The position numbers and the translations under genes are program-made. Of a stretch of 64,000 bases of DNA, positions 58,925 through 64,000 are shown piece by piece. Numbering within the stretch: the first letter of the stretch is position 1; each line of letters begins with the position of its first letter. Where the stretch lies: the IMG/VR virus record IMGVR_UViG_3300042934_000594, positions 186,001-250,000 of that record. The stretch is one strand, 5' to 3'. Below the pieces are notes generated by a model. It was not told the DNA's origin and did no database searches. It saw only the letters and a list, made by a program, of their open reading frames with translations.

Positions 58925-59251
58925 ATGACCAATTCTCGCACCCTCCACGACATCCTTCCAGCGGACCTCATCAAGGTCAACGCACTGCTGCAAGGCGTTA
59001 ACCAGGAAGAGCTGGTGGAAAAAGCCCAGGCGGTTACCAAGCGCCTGACGCGCAAGTTCAGCAAGGACACTGCCGTGGCCCCCGCTGAGATCGTCCAGAC
59101 TACTGTAGTCGCCATGCTCAAGGTTCTGGACGGCACCGGCGGCCACCCGGGTTACATCGTCCTGGATCGGGAAAACCGTTTGAACGAGCCGCAGGCTAAC
59201 GATTTGAGCGGTAAGTTGGTCGAGACGTACTTTGACTTGATTAACGATTAA
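58925..59251 (+). CDS. Hypothetical protein, paralog family member 3 (...YFDLIND)
   Basis: VLDG..GHPGYIV...NDLSGKL..TYF. Confidence 0.7.
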   Translation: MTNSRTLHDILPADLIKVNALLQGVNQEELVEKAQAVTKRLTRKFSKDTAVAPAEIVQTTVVAMLKVLDGTGGHPGYIVLDRENRLNEPQANDLSGKLVETYFDLIND

Positions 59252-59258
59252 TCATGTT

Positions 59259-59414
59259 ATGTACAGGTGTATTGTAGTTGACACCTAGGAGGTGATCCAG
59301 CCTGCTGTTGTTACCCCGGGGTTATTTGCACTCGCTGTGAAGCGACTTCGTAGCCCCAACGACTGCCTGTACGACCCCCGTCACCCCCTCCCCTTACCGG
59401 GAGGGGTTTTATTT
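59259..59414 (+). ncRNA. Candidate structured small RNA/leader with a 16-nt complement of the 16S rRNA 3' end
   Basis: AGGAGGTGATCCAGCC at 59287-59302; nested hairpin capped by a GUGA tetraloop; intrinsic terminator at 59385-59414; TATG at the 5' end. Confidence 0.65.
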
Positions 59415-59436
59415 CGTTTACCCCACTGAGGTTTTT

Positions 59437-60081
59437 ATGGAAGACAATTTCTGCATACAGCACGTGCCCGACTCTGAATGGCAAGCGAACCGTCAATGGT
59501 TGTTGACCACCCCCGAAGGAAAAACCATGCGGGTGAATGTAGGGCCTGAACGGCGCCCTACTGACGTGCGTGTGCATGCCAACCCGATCGTGCCCGACGG
59601 TAACGTTCACCATGGCATCCCGGCCATGCTCACCAGCAGCGGCAGTATGTTGGAACTGCGCCATCCCGAGCATCCTGAATTCAGCCACGGTGTAGCGGGC
59701 ATGAACATCTGGTTCAAGTACGACGCCCTGGTGAAGGCCACGGAGCAGGGCATATTTAACCTGATGCCCATGATCCCCTTCACGCATCGCATGATGATGT
59801 TGGACGGACTGACTTGGCGACAAGCTGAGCACTTTACCGACGAGACCAGCTATGACCCCGTTGCGGTCTGTGCGTTTCTGTTCATCCCGTACAAATCCTG
59901 CGAAGGGCAATTGCATTTCCCCAAAGCGTTGCAAAGCGACAAATCACGCGCCCTTACTGTGACGATCGATGAGGAGCTGCGCCAGATCATCGACGACGAA
60001 CGGGTGCAGATGTACCCCATCAACCCCGATCAACTCAAGCACATGACGGTCAACGTGGATCAAGCGGTGAGGGTTCTCTGA
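59437..60081 (+). CDS. Hypothetical protein
   Basis: GAGG RBS; TGATG overlap with the next ORF. Confidence 0.7.
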   Translation: MEDNFCIQHVPDSEWQANRQWLLTTPEGKTMRVNVGPERRPTDVRVHANPIVPDGNVHHGIPAMLTSSGSMLELRHPEHPEFSHGVAGMNIWFKYDALVKATEQGIFNLMPMIPFTHRMMMLDGLTWRQAEHFTDETSYDPVAVCAFLFIPYKSCEGQLHFPKALQSDKSRALTVTIDEELRQIIDDERVQMYPINPDQLKHMTVNVDQAVRVL

Positions 60082-60389
60082 TGGCTGACGCTGAAAAGAA
60101 ACCTTGGGTGTGTCCCGAGGACGGTCAGTGGACCCAGGATGACGTTGCCGAACAACACATCGAGGACCTGGAACAAATCCGTACCGGGGCCATGCTTCAA
60201 ATCGCTCGGATCGCTGCCGGCGAGAGCCTGAACAGTGAGTCGGCGCTGGCCATTGTCACCGACGCCATGTGTAAAGTGGTAGAAGTCTACGACAACCACC
60301 AGGTCATGGTGTACACCGGGGAACCAGACCGCACCACCATGATGCCACTTGGGATGACCCAGCGGTATTACGACCGGATCAACACGTAA
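60081..60389 (+). CDS. Hypothetical protein, divergent paralog family member 4 (...YYDRINT)
   Basis: Shared C-terminal end; followed by a UUCG hairpin. Confidence 0.65.
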   Translation: MADAEKKPWVCPEDGQWTQDDVAEQHIEDLEQIRTGAMLQIARIAAGESLNSESALAIVTDAMCKVVEVYDNHQVMVYTGEPDRTTMMPLGMTQRYYDRINT

Positions 60390-60450
60390 CAATAGTCCCT
60401 CCCTTCGGGGAGGGGTTATGCCCGAAATCTTACGCACCAGAGGTATCACT

Positions 60451-60903
60451 ATGTCCCTACCAGGCAGCATTATCCGCATCAACCTGCACGATACGGATAA
60501 GCAGACTGAATGCTTCCACCCAGGCTGCCAGGCAGCCGGTACGTATCGCTTCACCGCAGAGTCGGACTCAGCAGGGGACGAATTTGAGTACTACTGCGAT
60601 GTGCATATCCAACCCATTCAACAGTCGCTCCAGCAAGCAGATCGCTCGGGCTTTTGTGAGTGGTGCAAACGTCATGTGACGCTACTGAGTCCACGGCGGG
60701 ATTTTGAAGAAGGGGCCCATGGACAGGTGTATCAAGTATGCCAAGGGTGCATCCACAAACAAAACAGTGCCATCGACGCTGAGAATGCCCAACTGCGTGA
60801 AGACGAAGGCGCCTTCGAACCGTTTGACGATTCAGAAGACGACTTGATCCTGGATCCAGATGAGTTTGACGATGACGACGATGGTGAACCCCCGATCATC
60901 TAG
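60451..60903 (+). CDS. Cys-rich putative zinc-binding protein with acidic tail
   Basis: CxxxxC, CxxH, CxxC and CxxC; Asp/Glu-rich C-terminus; GAGG RBS. Confidence 0.65.
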   Translation: MSLPGSIIRINLHDTDKQTECFHPGCQAAGTYRFTAESDSAGDEFEYYCDVHIQPIQQSLQQADRSGFCEWCKRHVTLLSPRRDFEEGAHGQVYQVCQGCIHKQNSAIDAENAQLREDEGAFEPFDDSEDDLILDPDEFDDDDDGEPPII

Positions 60904-60912
60904 GAGTCACCC

Positions 60913-61287
60913 ATGCACATCACCCAATCGATCATTGCAGCCATCGCCTTGGAACGGCAGCTGCAATTGACCGGGCTGGAACTCAAAGCCACCATGCAAA
61001 CCGGTGAGCCTGCTTTCCTGTGGCATTCGGTGGATGGCTTGAACTACAAGTGCTATCGCTTGTCGCTTGAGCCCACGGACACCAATCTGTACCTGGCGCT
61101 CAAGGCGCAACCTGGCCTGGGAGCGCAACAGCGCCCGATCATTGCCAACCACTGGCTGTACTGCGAGTGTGCAGGCGTGATCCAACAATCGCACTTCACG
61201 TTGAAGGACGATGACGTGGTCTACCTGGACGACGAACAACACTTTACCATGCGACTGTCGGTTGTGGCAGTCATCACACCCAACTGA
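60913..61287 (+). CDS. Hypothetical protein
   Basis: AGGAG RBS. Confidence 0.65.
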   Translation: MHITQSIIAAIALERQLQLTGLELKATMQTGEPAFLWHSVDGLNYKCYRLSLEPTDTNLYLALKAQPGLGAQQRPIIANHWLYCECAGVIQQSHFTLKDDDVVYLDDEQHFTMRLSVVAVITPN

Positions 61288-61296
61288 GGAGTAACC

Positions 61297-61944
61297 ATGA
61301 AGCTGTATATCGCAGGTGTTGGTAGTCGTGACACACCGGCGGACATATTGCTATTGATGATCCGAATGGGGCGTACCCTGACGGACCAGGGGTATTCCCT
61401 GAGCAGTGGGGATGCGATTGGGGCAGACCGGGCGTTCTATTACGGAGCGAGCCTGTCGCCCCGATTCGCAGAAGTGGGTTGTCGGATCTACCTACACAAA
61501 GACAATTTCCAGGGTCGCTTTAATGACCCTGTGAATGGTTTTCTGGTGGCCCCACAGTTTACGGAAACCTGGGAAAAGGCTAAGGAACTCGCCTCGCTTG
61601 CCCGAGGCGGGTTTTATAACCTCACCCCTGGGGGCATCGCACTGCACACCCGCAATGTGTTCCAGATTTACGGGCACACCCTCAAAGCCAAAGTCAAGGC
61701 CGTGTACTACTGGGCCAAGCCTAAAGGCAAGAGTGAGAAGGTTGAGGGCGGCACCAACACCGCCTTGCAGATCGCTATTCGTGGGAACATCCCGCAGCGC
61801 ATCAACCTGTACTACCCCGAAATGCAAGAGCGGGCTCTGGCTTTCTTGGCCAAGTTCGAATCCAAAGAACCTTACCCTGAGAACATGCTGGAAGCCAATC
61901 CCTGGATTGTTGACGAGCGTGCTCCATTGCCAAAGGCGGCCTAA
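61297..61944 (+). CDS. SLOG-superfamily (DprA/Smf-like) protein
   Basis: IAGVGSRDTP, LSSGDAIGAD, LHTRNVFQI.G and GGTNTA motifs. Confidence 0.8.
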   Translation: MKLYIAGVGSRDTPADILLLMIRMGRTLTDQGYSLSSGDAIGADRAFYYGASLSPRFAEVGCRIYLHKDNFQGRFNDPVNGFLVAPQFTETWEKAKELASLARGGFYNLTPGGIALHTRNVFQIYGHTLKAKVKAVYYWAKPKGKSEKVEGGTNTALQIAIRGNIPQRINLYYPEMQERALAFLAKFESKEPYPENMLEANPWIVDERAPLPKAA

Positions 61945-62358
61945 GTGAACACCACACAAACCCTGAACTACCCGGCATACAACTGGATCGTGGCCAACAG
62001 CCTGGAAGAGGCGCAGCGCATCGCCAATGCGCTTAAGCTGGTGTACACGGTCCCTGTAGAGGAAATCCTCCCAGAGAGCGTTGAGGCCACTGAGGAGGCA
62101 CGCATGGCGGCCGTGCGTGAGTGGTCAGAAGCCAACAAAGCGGTACCGACGATTGTCTCGGTGACCGACATGTCTACGTTCACCCGTGAGACCCTGGGGG
62201 AACTGAGCAAGGCCATGTTTGGTCTGCACACCACGTTCCTCGTCACGATCGGTGCGATCCAAACGGCAGGCAACCCTGAGGAGTTCTTCCTCTTGCGTAA
62301 CCGCAAACATGGCAGTGGTCCGTACAACGTCAACGACCCCAATATCCCCATCGGCTAG
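61945..62358 (+). CDS. Hypothetical protein
   Basis: Abuts the upstream stop. Confidence 0.6.
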   Translation: MNTTQTLNYPAYNWIVANSLEEAQRIANALKLVYTVPVEEILPESVEATEEARMAAVREWSEANKAVPTIVSVTDMSTFTRETLGELSKAMFGLHTTFLVTIGAIQTAGNPEEFFLLRNRKHGSGPYNVNDPNIPIG

Positions 62359-62370
62359 GAGCGTCACGCC

Positions 62371-62742
62371 ATGAAAACCCTCACAGCCTACTGGCAGGGT
62401 CTTAAGCGCTGGTACCGCGATCACAAACATCAGGCGTACATCACCCAAGCAGAAAAGACCACCATCAAGGAAATGAAAGTGATCTGCGCTTACTTCGAGA
62501 TCCCTCTGGCCCGCACGCACACCTGGGAAATCTACCAGTGGCCTTACAAACCCCTGGTGCGTGAGCCTGACGGGTGGGAAGAACTGGAGGCCATTATCCG
62601 GGTCAAGGAGTCACCTGCCCGTCGGACCAGGCTGTATCAATTCATGGTTAAGTTCCATGACATCACCCCGGTCATGCACCGTCGGTTGCGGTGCAGTGAG
62701 CATTACCACGATTTCATGGACTGGTTTAACGAAGAGCGATAA
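62371..62742 (+). CDS. Hypothetical protein
   Basis: AGGAG RBS. Confidence 0.65.
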   Translation: MKTLTAYWQGLKRWYRDHKHQAYITQAEKTTIKEMKVICAYFEIPLARTHTWEIYQWPYKPLVREPDGWEELEAIIRVKESPARRTRLYQFMVKFHDITPVMHRRLRCSEHYHDFMDWFNEER

Positions 62743-62807
62743 CGGTTAAATAAAAAACCTACAGGCTCAATGGTAGGAGCCAATTACTTTTCCCTTGGGG
62801 TGTTGTT

Positions 62808-63563
62808 GTGAGTGTATTAGTAGACCGTAGTATCCGTAAGTTGTGCAACAAGCCGGACCTGTATGTCCGGGCTGGCAGCGCCCTGAAGTGGGAACCCTTA
62901 CATCGGCAAGACATGACCGTGCGTCAACGGGAAATCCACCGCCACTTGAGTTCACGGGCCAACCGTGAGTTGCCGAACCTGGAGGAGATCGCTGACGGTT
63001 TGTCCCATCGCCTACCCACGGCGCAAGAAGACGCCGCCTTCATCCCGATGATCGAACCGTACCACCCCAATAAAGTGCGGGTTGATGAGCAGGGTCTTAA
63101 GATCGCCTCTTACGGGCAGTCGTCGATGGGCTACGACATTCGTTGTGCCCCGGAGTTCAAACTCTTCCGTGGGGTAGACGGTGAACCCATCGATTACAAG
63201 AACATCCGTGAGGAGCAGTTCGAAACGTTCCACCAGGACCAGATCATCCTGCCACCCAACAGTTTTGTGTTGAGTCGGTCAATGGAGCGGGTCCAGATCC
63301 CACTCGACGTGCTGGTACTCTGCATTGGTAAATCCACGCCGGCCCGTGCCGCGATCAGTTGCCTGTGCACCCCACTGGAACCTGGCTGGGGTGGTTACGT
63401 CACCCTGGAATTCGCCAACACCAGCAACCAGCCTGTAATCTTGTACGCTGGCGAAGGGGCAGTGCAGCTGGTCTTCCTCAAAGGGGACGGCGAGTGCGAG
63501 AACCCCTACGGCGACGGCAAGTACCAAGGTCAGGGGGCCAGCATCATTTTACCGCGTGTCTGA
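62808..63563 (+). CDS. dcd: dCTP deaminase with N-terminal insertion
   Basis: SYGQSSMGYDIR, IGKSTPAR, TPLEPGWGGYVTLEF and GKYQGQ. Confidence 0.92.
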   Translation: MSVLVDRSIRKLCNKPDLYVRAGSALKWEPLHRQDMTVRQREIHRHLSSRANRELPNLEEIADGLSHRLPTAQEDAAFIPMIEPYHPNKVRVDEQGLKIASYGQSSMGYDIRCAPEFKLFRGVDGEPIDYKNIREEQFETFHQDQIILPPNSFVLSRSMERVQIPLDVLVLCIGKSTPARAAISCLCTPLEPGWGGYVTLEFANTSNQPVILYAGEGAVQLVFLKGDGECENPYGDGKYQGQGASIILPRV

Positions 63564-63579
63564 CACAGGAGCGTTATCC

Positions 63580-63879
63580 ATGAGCCTTGAGAAGCCTGAG
63601 TTACCCAAGTACCGTCACATTGAAACGGGTGAAGAAATCAACGCACTGCGCATCGCCGGCATTGTGTGGACGGGTCCGGCATTGGGGACCGCTGACGAGT
63701 CTCCGACTTCATACCAGATCAACTTCGACCAGTTCAGTGCCCATGGCCCTGTGCAGGTGGACCAAGCCTGGTACGACGCACACAACCCCAAACCGGGTGA
63801 CTTCTACGCCCGCCGTGAAGACGGTACGGTCTTCAAGGTCAACGCCAGTGAGTTCGTTACTCAGTACGAACGCCTTTAG
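63580..63879 (+). CDS. Small phage protein, possible Acb4-type nucleotide-sponge fold
   Basis: LPKY...ALRI...V...W...HNP.PGDFY...EDG......EF...YE pattern; AGGAG RBS. Confidence 0.5.
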   Translation: MSLEKPELPKYRHIETGEEINALRIAGIVWTGPALGTADESPTSYQINFDQFSAHGPVQVDQAWYDAHNPKPGDFYARREDGTVFKVNASEFVTQYERL

Positions 63880-63893
63880 CCACCGGAGCCTCC

Positions 63894-64000
63894 ATGGCCG
63901 TTACCAAACCTGCCGTACCCAACTACCGCCACATCAAGACGGGTCGGCGTTTCCACGTCAAGCGCATTGCCAATATCAGTTGGCCACGTCTGGGGTTCGA
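63894..64000 (+). CDS. Paralog of 63580..63879, truncated by the window edge
   Basis: PNYRHIKTG...KRIANISW aligns with PKYRHIETG...LRIAGIVW; GGAG RBS. Confidence 0.6.
   Translation, partial: MAVTKPAVPNYRHIKTGRRFHVKRIANISWPRLGF

Noticed and set aside
59287-59302. rRNA gene fragment or primer contamination
   Set aside because: The match is limited to 16 nt, the flanks are not rRNA-like and it is integrated into local RNA structure, so it is not called as rRNA; a read-level check would exclude an assembly artefact.

Overview
This 64-kb window comes from a phiKZ-like (Chimalliviridae, nucleus-forming) jumbo phage, probably infecting Pseudomonas or a related Gammaproteobacterium. The identification rests on gene content and synteny recalled from phiKZ; no database search was possible. 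The left two-thirds is the conserved core: central spike end and PAAR tip, paralogous inner-body head proteins, an i-spanin/o-spanin-like pair, long RNase H, UvsX, split virion RNA polymerase subunits (beta N-part, beta C-part, beta' with DFDGD), head maturation protease and a 2536-aa tail protein with a lytic transglycosylase. The right third is accessory: a Tad1-like anti-Thoeris sponge, thymidylate kinase, DEDDh exonuclease, SF2 helicase, a SLOG protein, dCTP deaminase and many small ORFs. Recurring phage promoter and hairpin motifs punctuate the window. The two most unusual signals are non-coding. (1) A ~155-nt structured RNA at 59259-59414 carries a 16-nt perfect complement of the 16S rRNA 3' end that can alternatively pair with its own terminator arm, suggesting a 30S trap or ribosome-sensing attenuator. 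(2) A ~515-nt densely base-paired, plus-strand, G-U-rich RNA at 46551-47070 matches no class I recognise. No tRNA, rRNA, CRISPR array, intein or homing endonuclease was seen. The phiKZ gp numbers below are synteny/motif-based assignments from memory.
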